From: Octopus bimaculoides
Taxonomy: Eukaryota
Assembly: GCF_001194135.2 (NCBI RefSeq)
Contig: NC_068986.1
Coordinates: forward strand, 81,341,485 to 81,405,484
Reading direction: 5' to 3'
DNA: 64,000 nt
The translations under genes and the position numbers were made by a program. The notes under the pieces were generated by a model that was not told the origin of the DNA, made no database searches, and saw nothing but the letters and a program-made list of their open reading frames with translations. Position 1 is the stretch's first letter. Every line of letters starts with the position of its first letter. This document shows, piece after piece, positions 14,224 to 29,468 of this stretch.

Positions 14224-17200
14224 TATATATATATATAATACACACACATACATATGATGTGTGCATAGAAATTTAGAGAAATAGGAATATACAGCATAGA
14301 GGATAGCTAAAAGTTCCTACAGGACAACTTACTGAGAGTTGCAGACCAAATCAGTAGCTAATGTGAAGTTCCATCCAGGCAGAGAATGACATGATGGTGA
14401 AACAGATTAGACAAAGTCATAAAAGCTAGGAGACTGACTAGAGAATTGGAATCTGGTACCTAAAAGAGATGATAGGTGACAGATTTATGTGGCAAGAGGA
14501 GAAGCAGAAAGTAACTGGTTTGTCAATGTTATACAGCATGTGGTTTATCAGAGATAATGAGGTGTTGGTAATTTTGGAAAGAGAGAAGCATAGAAGTGTT
14601 ACTATGAAATACTACTAAATGTGGAGGATACTTGGGAAAAAGAGAGTTTTCCTGATGTGAACACAGCTGGGAGACATGTTATTTTAGTTAACAGTGGTAT
14701 AATAAGCAGACTAATTAAGGATATGAAGACAGAAAAAGCTCCTGGTCTATCAGAGACCCTTAAAATATTTGGTAGAGTGGGACAGCCTAGTCACCAGTAT
14801 AGTTAACTAGGTTGTACAAGAAGGTACTATACCCATCAGTTGGTGTAGCCGCATTGTAGTCACCTATTACAAGGCTAAAGGAGATCCCTTAGAGAGAAGT
14901 AATTAACAGACGTATCAGATCTGTGGTCTGGGTCTGAAAGTTATAGAAACTGTTACAGCTCAACTAATTAGACAAAATTAGCCTAGATAAGATATAGTTT
15001 GGTTTTGTGCCAGGGAGAAGTATATCTGAGAAGACAATTGCAGGAGAGGTAGTAAGTCGAAAATAAACAGTCATGCTTGGCATTCATTGACCTGGTGTAT
15101 AGACTTTAACAGGGTCCCTGGATCCCAGATCTGGTGGTTACTGCAAAAGCTAGGGGCAGCTAAATGACTGGTGAGAGTTGTTCATGCCATGTACAGGAAT
15201 GCTGTCAGTAAAGTGAGAGTTTGCAATGAATTTAGTGTTGGTACAAGTTCACTAGGGTTTGATTCTCAGTCCCTTCCTATTCATCATTGTCCTCCAGGCC
15301 ATTACAAAAGAGTTCATGAACAATTACCCTTGGGAACTCCTCTATGCTGTTGACTTTGTTCTAAGCTGATTCTATAATAATTAGAAAAAAAAATTCAATG
15401 TGTGGAAGCAAAATGGAGTCAAAAGGCCTTAAAGTTAACTTAGCATAACTCAAAGTTCTAGTAAGAAGGAAAACGGACATAAGACTAAATCACTTCATGT
15501 AAATGGCTTTGTTTGATATGTAAAATAGGTGTAGGCAGAAATTCTTTACAGTATACCCAGTGCAGGCTATGGGCACATAAGTGGTAAAGAAGGGGAGACT
15601 GTTCTGAAAGTGTAGCTACTAGAATAAGAGCTGACTGGTAAAAGTTCAAAGAGCTCTCTGTTGGTTGCAAAAGGCTTTTCTCTCTCTCTCAATGAAAAAT
15701 GTATGACATTTGTGTATGAACAGTAATGCAACATGGTTGTGAAATGTGGGCTATGAATGTGGAGGATGTGAAAACTAAGAACAAATGGTGTTACCGTTCC
15801 CTGATGGACATGCAATGTCGGTGTACATGTATGACAAGGTGAAAATGTGTTGAGAAAAAAATTAGACTTAACAGGCAAAAACTGTGCCAGTATGGTCATA
15901 TGGACTGTAGATTGTATGGATGGGGACAGCTGCATAAAGAAGTATTGATCATTAAATCAGGGTGAAACTTGTTAAAGAGGAATACCTGGGAAGATGCGAG
16001 ATGAAGTCATGAAGACTGATCTCAAGATATTGAGCCTCACAGAGGAGATAACAGTAGACCAAGATGCTTGGTCTTGAGAAGCATCTTGTACATCTCAAGA
16101 TGTACTTGAGAAGACTTGTACATCTCGGCCAAAAAAAGGAAGTCATAAAAGTGTGTTTTTTGTGTCTATGCTCCTACACCCACTGTCCTTGTCAAGCTTT
16201 CCCCTATAACTCATCTTCTTAACATCCATTCCTCCATTGCTTTTCTGACCTTCTACCTATGGTATTGTTCATTCAGTTGCTAAAATTATATGAGAGCAAA
16301 GCTTCACACAGTTATCCCTCTCTTAATATCATTTCTAACCACTTTATTTTCCTCCTGAGCTACATCTTATGACTGTTGTAACTCAACCATAGCACCCTCG
16401 TATGTATGTCATCAATGACCCCCACCCCAGCTTTGTCACTCTGCATCCCTTTCTTTGTCCCCACACTTCCCATCAGCTCTTTATTTCTCCTCTGTGTATA
16501 TATTATACTGCCGCCTAACACTTCCACTTCCTCTTCTCTGACCCCCTCCTATTTCCTTCACCTCCCCACTCCAAAACTGATATTTTCCCCTGACCATGCC
16601 CCCACCCTTGATCACCATTCACTGCATTCACTTTTATCTCCATCTCTAACCATATGTCACTCTCATTTAATATACTCTTGTGAACTTATCCATTTTGTAT
16701 GTTGAGGGTATGCCCTGAGACCTCATCACCACCATCTATTTTCCTCTTTCCAGTTGTGGGTAGCCATGTGTCTCTTTTTACAACAAGATACCTGTTCATG
16801 TTCCTTTATCATACTTTAGTCTCTCAACAGCTGGCAACTCACCCCAGTGGGGCTTGTCTTGTGAGTTACTTGGTGGCCTACTTAGTGCTTGTGACATGAA
16901 AAGAGTGCTCAATACAGTCTGTAGAGTGGTTGGCATTAGGAAGGGCATTCAGCAGTTGAAACCATGCTAAACATAGGAGTGTGACACACTTCTCCAGCTT
17001 GTCAGATCCTGTTAAACTAACAAAGATGGAAATTAAATGATGATGGATATGATGTGTGTGTGTATGTACATTTATACATATATATATGTATATGCTGATA
17101 CCATGTAAAAGCATCTGTGCTGGTGCTATGTTAAAAGCACCCAGTACTCTCTGTAAAGTGGTTGATGTTGGGAAGGACATCCAAGCATAGAAACCATGCC

Positions 17201-17749
17201 AAAACAGGCAAATAGACAATTGGCCAGCTCCTGTCAAACTGTCCAACCCATGCCAGCATGGAAGCAGATATTAAATGATGATGTCTTTTTATTCATCAGA
17301 ACTCTTTCTAGAAGCTGGAATTGGATAATACCAATAAGTGTTACATGTTCTTTAAGGAAGTCTTCCATGTTTTTACTGTTCCACTTATATATTGTATCTG
17401 TAAAGTGCTTGTTAGCTGGTCACTTTCTTTGCTTCAAAACCTTAGCCTTTTCAGATTGTCATTTAAATATTTACTAACATAACCAATAATTACCATTATA
17501 AATATGGATTTATTGTAGGAGTAATGAAGCAGCTGTCATTAGATATTCTCCTTCTTGTTAATTTTGGAAGAGATGTTCACATTAATGATGTTTCTTTTTT
17601 GTCTCAAATAACTATATCAAGCATGTTTGTAATCGCTAGAAGTTTTGATGGAAATGTTTCTGTGATATTCTATGCAGTGATATGTATGCATTGTATATTC
17701 TTTTGGCAACATCATGTTGCAAAGGGTGGTAGTAGGTAGTATCTTGAAT

Positions 17750-17792
<43 letters not shown>

Positions 17793-20700
17793 NNNNNNNN
17801 NNNNNNNNNNNNNNNNNNNNNNNNNNNNNNNNNNNNNNNNNNNNNNNNNNNNNNNNNNNNNNNNNNNNNNNNNNNNNNNNNNNNNNNNNNNNNNNNNNNN
17901 NNNNNNNNNNNNNNNNNNNNNNNNNNNNNNNNNNNNNNNNNNNNNNNNNNNNNNNNNNNNNNNNNNNNNNNNNNNNNNNNNNNNNNNNNNNNNNNNNNNN
18001 NNNNNNNNNNNNNNNNNNNNNNNNNNNNNNNNNNNNNNNNNNAATTCTGTAACCCTTTAAAATGGAAAATAAGAAAGTTCATTTTTGGCACTTGATACTT
18101 TTCTTTTTCCGTAAAAGGAAAAATGCCTCACAAGCAACCAAAGAAATATGCGCAGTTTACGGTGATGTTTCTTTATCCGAAAGAACGGTACGGAAGTGGT
18201 TCGCAAGGTTCCGAGCTGGAGATTGTAGCCTTATTGAAAAAGAGTGATCAGGCTGACCTTCCACTACAGATGATGACCAAATCAAGTCATTAATTGAGAA
18301 TAACCCACATTGCACAACCCGAGAATTGGCAGAAAGCCTCAACCTATCAAAATCCGTCGTTCATGAGCACCTGGTAAAGCTTGGGTACACAAACCGCTAC
18401 AATGTTTGGGTACCACATGAGTTGAATGAGAAGAACCTTTTGGATCGCTTTTCTAGCTGTGATTTGCTTTATAAACGGAATGAAAACGTGCCTTTTTTAA
18501 AGCAAATTGTCACAGGTGATGAGAAATTGATTATCTACCAAAATGTTCAGAGAAAGCGATCCTGGAGTAAGCAACATTAGCCACCCCAAAGTGGGTTTTC
18601 ACCCTAAAAAAGTCTTGCTTTGTGTCTGGTGGGATTGGAAAGGAATTCTGTACTATGAGCTTCTCCCAAGTAACCAGACAATTAATTCTGAGAAATACTG
18701 CACACAACTGGACAAGTTAAAAGCAGCAATTCAAGAGAAACGTCCAGAATTGGCCAACAGGAAGGGTGTTGTTTTCCAACGTTATAATACAAAACCGCAT
18801 GTTTCTTTGGGAACCAGACAAAAATTGCTGCTGCTCGGCTGGGATGTGTTACCCCACCCTCCATATTCACCAGATATTGCTCCTTCGGATTTCCACTTAT
18901 TCAAGTCTCTGCAGAATAGTCTTAATGGTAAAAATTTCNNNNNNNNNNNNNNNNNNNNNNNNNNNNNNNNNNNNNNNNNNNNNNNNNNNNNNNNNNNNNN
19001 NNNNNNNNNNNNNNNNNNNNNNNNNNNNNNNNNNNNNNNNNNNNNNNNNNNNNNNNNNNNNNNNNNNNNNNNNNNNNNNNNNNNNNNNNNNNNNNNNNNN
19101 NNNNNNNNNNNNNNNNNNNNNNNNNNNNNNNNNNNNNNNNNNNNNNNNNNNNNNNNNNNNNNNNNNNNNNNNNNNNNNNNNNNNNNNNNNNNNNNNNNNN
19201 NNNNNNNNNNNNNNNNNNNNNNNNNNNNNNNNNNNNNNNNNNNNNNNNNNNNNNNNNNNNNNNNNNNNNNNNNNNNNNNNNNNNNNNNNNNNNNNNNNNN
19301 NNNNNNNNNNNNNNNNNNNNNNNNNNNNNNNNNNNNNNNNNNNNNNNNNNNNNNNNNNNNNNNNNNNNNNNNNNNNNNNNNNNNNNNNNNNNNNNNNNNN
19401 NNNNNNNNNNNNNNNNNNNNNNNNNNNNNNNNNNNNNNNNNNNNNNNNNNNNNNNNNNNNNNNNNNNNNNNNNNNNNNNNNNNNNNNNNNNNNNNNNNNN
19501 NNNNNNNNNNNNNNNNNNNNNNNNNNNNNNNNNNNNNNNNNNNNNNNNNNNTTATCTCCCTTGAAAACACGTTCATTGTTTCCATGTAACCTATGGTGGC
19601 ATTGCTGTTTCCAAAGTTTATTTTTGTTTCCTATTAGTAATTTTACTCTATCTTAAAATGAGCTGCTTGGCAGAGGTCTGCGGAGGATGACATGACAAGC
19701 CTTGGCTATTGGGATCGACTCAAAAAGCTTCAGATGATTCCTGTTTTTAAAGATTTTTTTTTTTTTCGGAAATCATATGGCTGTGTTATTTTTTTTTTAC
19801 CCCCGCCAAGGAGGTTGTTTTTGCTAGCATTGGTTTCGTAAATTGGGCGATTTTCAGCATGCGTGTATATGGGTGGAAATGAGCTGCTTGGTGGGGGTTT
19901 GCGCTCTCTGAGTGCTTTTCTAGTTCAACACTATTTTCATTCATGCAACTTATGCTTGAAAACATCTGAGTGAGAGACAGTGGATGCCTGGGTCTGAGGG
20001 AGGCCTACATTGCCAGATGTTACCATAGTTATCATATGCACAGCTGCCCAATGTCCAAAAATTGATTTTTTAATTTATTTACTTTTTTATTTATTTTTTT
20101 GTGGTCATAAGTGTGGATGTGGTCATAAGTGTGGATGGTTGTAAGTGTGGAAGCTGTATTAATATTTAGCAGAATTAACAAAGTGATTCAAGGTCCAAGA
20201 GTTTCATGCGTTGTTTGATAAGTGCTGCCAAAGCAAGAAACTCTTAGACCTTGAGTCACTCTGTTACTTCTGCTAAATATTAATAAAAAATATACATATA
20301 CTCATATTTTGAGTTCTATTTTTTCTGTTTGCATCAACAGACCTATATGTATATATATGTGCTAGTGTCACATAAAAGCATCCATACCATTGCCACATTA
20401 AAAGAACCCAGTATATGCATGTATACGTAGGAGATTCTTCAGCTATGTTATTCCATTGCAGAAATTTGTTTTTGCTTCTGTAAATGGTCACATTTAGTGG
20501 TGAGTTATTTATCTGGTAGGGATTTGTGATGCTATTATGAAAAACCTTGATATTAAATTATCTTCTTTCGTATTCCTGAGTCTTGTGAGGCTGAGAATGC
20601 AGAGACCAGTTGGTCTCTACCACCAATGTAATCCAAGGGATTATTTAGATGTCATACTGTCTTAATAAGATTCTGATTTGTAGAATATTTGCAATTCATT

Positions 20701-23700
20701 ATCATAATATAATTACAACAGCCAATTGGCACAGGCATGGTTGTGTGGTTAAGAAGCTTACTTTCCACTCACATAGTTTTGGGACCTGTCCCACTGCATG
20801 GTACCATGAGCAAATGTCTTCTAATATAACTCCATGTCAGCCAGAGCCTTGTCTGTAGATTTAGTAGATGGAAACAGAAAGAAGCTTATCATATATATAT
20901 ATGTATGTGTGTGCATGTGCACACACACACACACACACATAAAAAGCACTCAGTCCACTCTGTAAGGTGGTTGGTGTTAGGAAGGGCATCCAGCCATAAA
21001 AAGCTTGTCAAAGCAGACAGTGAAGCCTGGTTCAATCTTCTGCCTAGTCAACCTGTCTAACCCATGCCAGCATGGAAAATAAACGTGAAATGATGATGAT
21101 GACAACTCATGTTTGTGTCTCTTTGTCTTGGTATTGTATGATTGTTGTAAATATGTGTCATTGTCATACAAGCAGTGTCATTCATTTCCGGTATTCTGTG
21201 AAATCATGTCTGTCCTTGGGGAAATATGATCTTGGAAACAGGTGAGGATAGTGAAAGAAGGGCATCAGGTCACAGAAAATATACCTTAATAAACTCTGTC
21301 TGACCTATGCAGGCATGGAAAAGTAGACATTAAAATCATGATGATGATGAAACAGACCTAATAGATAAAAAAAAAAAAGTATATCTTTTGTTGTTAATTA
21401 ATGCAGCAGCAGTATTTTAATGTCCACTTTTATTGGCAAATTATTACATTTTGCCACTTTTTCTAAATCTTTCTCTAGTAATGCAAACAATGTAATATTG
21501 GATATTCTATAATTGTCTTCTATTGTTAATTACTAACTGGAGACTTATATAAAATCACAAGAGTCATATGATATGCATTCTATAAAAAGTGTCAGCCTGT
21601 AACTTCCAAAGTATGAAATACTTCTATGGTTGAATATTGATTTCTTGAAATTGCAGATTACAAGCAAGATATGAATTGTAGAGAAAGGAGTTAAGTTGAC
21701 TGCAGTACTTGATAGGTGTTTATTTTATCAACCTCAGCTGAAATCAAGGCTAAGTTGACCCCACAAAGATTTGAAATGAAATTCTAAAAGAAATGTAGCT
21801 AAATACTGCAAGATAAATCTATCAACCAGCTCTGCTCTCTACTGACAACAGTCTATTATTAGAAGTGATCCTTTTGTAGGTTGACATATGAAAGAAAAAC
21901 ATGGCTGGAAGAAAATTCCTGAGGATTTCTCTCATTCATTATCATGCATATACTCTCCATGTTGCTATGAGTTGGACTGGTCTGTGTTAGTTCTTATTGA
22001 GTATTAATGCCTTTTTACTCTGGTCAGGGACTTATCTTCCTTGTACATTCCATTTTTGGTCTGGTTTCTACAGCTGAATGCTCCCTGACACTAATGATTC
22101 AACGGAGTCATTAGTTGCTTGTTGCATTTTATTGTGGCACCAATGCTAAAAGAAGTTGTTGTCTCTTTTGCAAAGCTAAAGAGTCCTCATTTGCCTGTTT
22201 TCTCCATTTGTTCAAGATGTGACTGAGATGATTTATAAAGAACCGGAACAAGAAGAGAGATTTTGATGGGAGATAGAGTGACAGGGGGGGGGGCGATGAT
22301 GGATGAGAAACAGCTACATATATATTATTGGTGTGCAAATTGACTGAAAGATATGACAAGGGAAGGAGGAGGAACAGAAGTGAGAACGAGTGGTGGATGT
22401 CAGCTATGAAAGAGTACTATGAGAGTGTGGTGGCTAGTGATGAATGTTAGGTGGTGCTCTAGGAAATGATCCAACTACCAAATTGTTTCATGCAGTGTGT
22501 CTTCCTCCACCACTACCGTTGAGTAAAAACTGGTCATCCATGGAGTTGATGAAATTCAACAACTGATCATCTCTGACTTGAATATTAAACTAACAAATAT
22601 TAGAGCAAAATCCAGAAAGAACTGCATAATTAGGGATTACATTGGAATACCTCGCTTACATACCTGCCTGAAGTTATAGCCTCATTCAGGCATATTGAGA
22701 AAACCATGCATCTGCCAAGCATAATGTAATGGCTATTTATGTATCCAAGAAATGATTGACCTATGGGCACATGCCAGCATCTCATCCAACTTTAACTGTG
22801 TTCTTCTAAAAAAATGTTTTTCATTTTGATTGAGCTGGATCCAAATCCAAACCCATTAGATTGACCTTTTTGAGTTCTACCAAGGCACTCGCATATGGTT
22901 AGCCTGGGATAAAGTTAGGCATGCAAATTGAATTGTGTATTAAACTTGTTCTGATTTGTCACCCTGAAGCTACATATTGTAGCCTCCTTGAATCTTGACT
23001 CAGTACTACATGTTTCAGCTTATGTGGTGATGGACAAATCTGAAAACTAGCCAAATCAGGTGACATGTGGAAAAGAGATGCAAGCTGGCCTGATGATATC
23101 AAATCAACAGTGGGTAGCAATGCAAAAGCCCTGAGAAACTAAACAAAAACTATATACCATCCCCTATGAATCATGATAAGCTTAAATCCAAGTACAAATT
23201 ACTGTTTTTAAATACCTGCAGTTTATGCAGCAAAGTTCACCCTTTTGACTCTTGTGGTAAAAGTATTGAGCCTGATTTCTGTTATTTACCACTACTTCTG
23301 AAACTGTTATCAGCATCACTACTGTGGAACTGTCAGGTGACTTTGATCATGCTATGATCATTACCAATTTGTCTCTGAGTCACATGCAAAGCACCAGTAC
23401 CAAGTAAATACATCTTAGAAACCATAAAAGTGTGATTTGGGAGACTGCAGAAAAGGATGGCAAGGTACTGAATGTAAACACATGAAACAGAACAGAGAAT
23501 CATAGGAAAAGGCAGTCAAGCAAGTGACTAAATAGGCAATGCTTAAATTTGAGCAATGCATAGCATCCAACCTAGATAATAAAGTGTTCTGGGGAAATGT
23601 GCATTCAAAATAGAGGCCTCTCTCTCCTGTCATTCGTACCTGCAATCCCCACAGAGTTCAGATTATTGATGGATCCAAAGAGTGCACAGAGCTCATTACA

Positions 23701-26700
23701 AACTGCTATGCTGGCATTTTTATTGTTGAAAATGCAAATGTACTGTTTTCATTGTTACTGACACCAAAGTTCATAACATCTGTTAAATTCAATCCTGCAG
23801 TGCTACCTCAAGCATATGCATAACAGCAAGTTGGTTGCTAATGTATACAAGGAAGAGTGTAGAATACATGACTGATCACTAGGATACACCAAAATTTGTT
23901 GGGTTGGTAAGGGAAGGCCCCATTAACATGCTGTGATGGGTTGGTTTGACAAGAAACATCCAGTAAAAGAGATGAGTGAATGATGAACTCTAGTAATAAC
24001 AATTTCAAACATTGGTGCTTGCTTGCTCGGTATGGCTGGGGTCATCCTAGGTTGGTGGTCCCAGAGGCGTCTTCATGTGTAGAGCCAACCAGGTCCACTA
24101 GTGCTCCCAATTACTGGCAGTCCCATGCCAGCCCCTCTGCATTCTCCAAGATGATGTCAAGTCTCTGGAGATCTTCCTTCATTACATCCAGCCATCTGGT
24201 GCTGGGCCTCTTCCAGCCCACAGCTGCTGCATCGAGTGAGAGTAAGGCCCTGATAGGTTGATCTGGCAGGAAGCGGAAGACATGTCTGTACTAGCACATG
24301 CAGTGGAAGGCTACAACCTGATGCATGCACATATGCACTTCTTTACAGGAAACCTCGTGGTATCATCTGACATTTTTAATGGTTTTCAGAGCTCTGCTAT
24401 CGAAGCTGTCAATCCTTTTTACCAGGGTCATTGTGAGGGGCTACATTTCTGCTTCATAAAGGAGAATGTGAGGACTGACGCATTATAGATGCAGAGCTTC
24501 ATCTCCAGGAGATAGGTCTGTTGTGCCTAAGGGGGTTCCATTGGGAACATATGACCTTGGCAGCCAGTCCACATCTGTGGTTGATCTCCAAGGTCAGATT
24601 TCCTTTGTTGGTATTCTATGAAGCCCAGTTAGATGAACGAGCTGACAAACTCCACAACATTGGAGCCAATATAGAGAAGAGGAGGGTCTGGGCTATCACC
24701 AACATGCATCAGTTTGGTCTTTGGCCAACTCACCTGAATGCCAAGCTTTGCTAATTCCTCTCAATATATGGTCAGTGCATACCTAGGCTGATAGATCAAA
24801 TTGCTGAATCATCTGGAGACTTGCTTACAGATTTTGGTCATCAGATAATTGATGACACAGTTGAAGAAGTTAGGAGCAGGCACAAAGCCCTGTGTAACCC
24901 GTCTGTTGATGGGGGAACCTGTTAGAGTCCTTCCCATGTAGCTCTTGACACTGCTGTAGAGCCATTGGAATGGCTTTGCAGTATGGTATTATTGATTTTC
25001 TTATTTTAATGATTTGGACTGAAAACATAAGGGTCACAACAGTCAGCCATTTTCTACCATCTTCTGTAACAACAACAAAAATAATCCTTTCTTATGGCTC
25101 AATGCTAGCAAATTTGAGGGGTTGAGTAATTGATTACATCGACCCCAGTACTCAAATGTTTTTTTTTTTTTTTATCAGCACTAAAAGGATGAACGGCGAA
25201 GTCGACTTCAGCAGAATTTGAGCTTAGAACATAAAGACAGATGAAATACTGTTAAGCATTTTGTCCAGTTTGCTGCCTTTTCTAAAGACATCATCATCAT
25301 CATCGTCGTCGTCGTTGTTTAACGTCCGCTTTCCATGCTAGCATGGGTTGGACGATTTGACTGAGGACTGGTGAAACCAGATGGCTACACCAGGCTCCAA
25401 TCTGATTTGGCAGAGTTTCTATAGCTGGATGCCCTTCCTAACGCCAACCACTCCGAGAGTCTAGTGGGTGCTTTTATGTGCCACCGGCATGAAGGCCAGC
25501 CAGGCGGTACTGGCAACGGCCACGCTCAAAATGGTGTATTTTACATGCCACCTGCACAGGAGCCAGTCCAGTGGCACTGGCAACGATCTCACTCGAATGT
25601 CTTTACACGTGCCATCTGGCACAAGTGCCAGAAAGGCGATGCTGGGCGCAGGTGCCATTGACGGTTATCTCAAGGTACTTTGCTTGATGATGTAGTGATT
25701 CTGCCAAACCTCCAAAACAATAACAACAGCAATATTAATCAGAATCATAATGATAAAAATTTCAAATTTTGCCACAAGGTCAGCAATTTCAGGGAGGGAG
25801 TATATTGATCAGATTGACCCCAGTGCTCAACTGGTACTTATTTTATCGTCCCCGAAAGAATGAAAGGCAAAGTTGAACTCAGCAGCATGAGAACTCAGAA
25901 TATAAAGATGGACAAAATGCTGCTAAGCATTTTTCCCTTTGTGCTAATGATTCTGTCAGCTCACCAAAGCAGTGCTAATAGCTTGTGAACTTCAATACCA
26001 TTGATGTTTTAGTATTGCTATAAATGTTGTTACACATTTACAAACAGGACATTAATTTGGTTTCATATTGTGAATGGCTTATTTAGACATCGATATGTCT
26101 TACTGCGCATGACTCTGTGTTCCACGTCCATCACCAGATATACTACCAAGTATTATTGCTCTCTACACATGCATATATGTTAACATTAATTCATGTCTAT
26201 ATTATAAATGCCAACCAAATCTACCCTACTTACTCAACACCTGTCAGGTCTGTCTATTTGAAAGACAGTCACCATGGTGTATATATTAAGCTATGACAGC
26301 TCAGAAACGATATAGTTCATCATCCATCAGTCAGTTTTAATTAAACAATCAAAATATATGAGGAGAATATGTAAATTCAGGGATAATGTCAACTGTAGCT
26401 CTCTTTGTTTAATAGCATTGTTGAAAGTAGCTACACAGAGAAACTGCATAATATTTTCACTGCCATTTTAATTAATGTAAAGTAATTTCAAGCTAGCTCC
26501 TGTGGAGGGCTCTTCATTGGGCCTTGAGCCCAATAATGACATTTCATGCATTGAATACATATTCAATTTTACTAAACTTGACCAATATTTTTCAAGCAAT
26601 GAACAATTTTCATCAAAACAATGATATAATATATCAACTTGGAACTTATTGCAAAGATTCATGATGAGCAACATTTTTTGTCTTCCCATTCAGGGGTCAG

Positions 26701-26734
26701 TACAATTTTTTTTTTTTTGTCTAACCTCTTTCTT

Positions 26735-26776
<42 letters not shown>

Positions 26777-29417
26777 GATTGTTTTCAACCATCACCCTCA
26801 CCAGTACCACCACCATCACTCCCACAACTGCCGTACACACACCATTCAGACTTCTGACACCACTACCATCAACATCTTTCACTTTGCTGCCTTCCCCTCC
26901 ACCACCACCACCACCACTGTCTTTCACATCCCTTACTATCACCATCATGCTTGACCGCCTCAGCCACTACCACCATCATCACTGTCGCCTCCACCTCTGT
27001 CATACTATACAGCTCATACTATTACTATTACACCATTACCATCTCAACTGTCAATCTACTACTGCCATCACCATCTCTATGCCTACTATATTACTCTCAC
27101 CCCAGCAAGAGGAGTAGAAGTGTCATTGAATAGTGAGAGAGGGGGGTCAAAGTGTCACACACTGACACACAGAATTTCATTTTGGCATTTATTATTATAT
27201 ATTTAAAATATTTCACAGAAATTTCTCAAGGATTAATAATGGCTGTATCTGTTTAACTAGTGACTGAAGTTAATATATAAGTAGATAACAGTTTGGGGCG
27301 CAAGGTACCACTGTGTAAGAAGTAGCATAGCTATGTGGTTAAGAAGTTTGTATTACAACAACATAATTTTGGGTTCAATCCTACTTTGCAGCACTATACC
27401 TCCAATGCCTTGTGGATGGAATTTAGCAGATGGAGACTAGTATAAATATATGGATGGTTGGTTCCCTCACAGCTTCAGCAATGTGTGTTCAGTTACTTGA
27501 TCAACTGAATTATCCACTCTTTGAATAAACATATAAGTGGCTGAGTATTCCACAGATATGCATATCCTTAATGTACTTCTCAGGCAGAATCAATGTGACA
27601 TACAGTGTGTGACAAATGTGTACAGTTACAATCTATCTGAGAGACTTTTGATCTGTTTCTGTCTATCAAGTTTCTCTCAGAAGGGATAGAGAAGTCAAAG
27701 TTACAGGAGGCAATTGCTCATGTATGTTGTGTTGGATCAAGCAAACTTCTTAACCATTCAGTCATTCTGAGTAATTCAAGCGATGTATAAATAATCACAG
27801 GTCCTCTTTTAGGATCCCATAGAGGCACAACGTTATGTCCTTAACCAGCATTGCATAGCATTTAAAAGAGGAGTTTGTTGTACAAAATTAAATGCAAGCT
27901 CTCAGAACAACCTGGGCTCTATTTTAATGGGAGTGGATAATGTAAACTTAGCTTGGTTGACAGGGCAAGGTTCCTAAGCAACTTGCTTGACCCAAGGGCC
28001 TTCTTAAACTCCAAATGTGTGGTGTGTAAGTAGTGCCCTTGTCAGAAGAAAATTGTGTTGCAAACATGGAATTCCCCTATGCACTGTAACCAGCCAAAGG
28101 GAGTTAATTCCATCCTGTCTAGAAGAGATGTCATTCAGTAGAATTTTGTTTTGTGGGGTTTTTCACAACCCTAGCTGACCGACACTGTATTCCTACCTCA
28201 AGTTATAGAGAAGTAATGTGCCTCTGGCCAATGAGACTGACAAGTCACCTTTACTACTCTGAACATCATTATAGGTGTGAAACTAATGGTTGCTCCCTGA
28301 CTGACCATAGCCAGCAACTATACTCTAGGTGTGTGTGTATGTATCATCATCATCGTTTAACGTCCACTTTCCATGCTTGCATGGGTTGGACGATTTGACT
28401 GAGGACTGGTGAACCAGATGGCTACACCAGGCTCCAATCTGATTTGGCAGAGTTTCTACAACTGGATGCCCTTCCCAACGCCAACCACTCCGAGAGTGTA
28501 GTGGGTGCTTTTACGTGCCACCGGCATGAAGGCCAGTTAGGCGGTACTGGCAACAGCCACGCTCAAAATGGTGTATTTTACGTGTCACCTGCACAGGAGC
28601 CAGTCCAGCGGCACTGGCAACGATCTTGCCCGAATGTCTTTACACGTGATAAAATGTGCATATGTCTCTTTTGGTGATATTAGTGTGAAATGGAAACACT
28701 AATGAGAAAATTGAACTGCTGGTACTGAAAATAAGACTTCACTCTGTCCATGTTATGCTGACATTCCCTTATCATTTCTGCCACCATGAATGCAGTGAAC
28801 CAGAAATTGCTTGGTTAGAAACATGTGACCAATGGCATTATTGTTCACAAAATATGCTAAAAATTAAGTAATAATGGTAATAGTTCTTCAGCCCTAGGTC
28901 AGCCCTGACTGAGCAGACCTATGATCAAAGACATTCCAACTGTAATCATGCCACCTTTTTTTTGTATGAACAGAATTTAGGACCACATTATCCAGTGTGT
29001 TTTCTGTAAGACAATAGGGTATGATTTAAGAGACATTAGGCTACTGTTTCTAGTAGATTGAGTGACCATTTAGAAGCCCTCTCATTGACTTGTTTGTGAG
29101 CCACTTATAGTAAACGTACAATTATTAGTATAGTTGTGCAGTCCTGGGTCAGTTTTGACTTTGCAGACCCATGATATATAGATGATCAACCATATATATA
29201 TATAAATTTAATATAAACAGCTAGGTGCAGTGTGGTACCATAAAGGGAAAATTCAATCATCACTAAGGGTGCTGACAACTACATTGCTAGAAATAAGAAT
29301 TAAAATATTCTTAATGCTGTAGGAAGAGCACAGATATGCATACACACATGCTAACAGGCAATGTAGGTGCATCAGCACCCTTAGCCACACTTAGTGATGA
29401 TTGTGTGTGCATGTGTA

Positions 29418-29468
<51 letters not shown>

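Noticed and set aside
13453-14297. ORFs rich in YI/CV repeats (also about 26640-27130, 31900-32160, 60670-60926)
   Set aside because: Translations of microsatellites.
17636-19656. Long ORFs in the track (up to 348 aa)
   Set aside because: Artefacts of translating through N runs.
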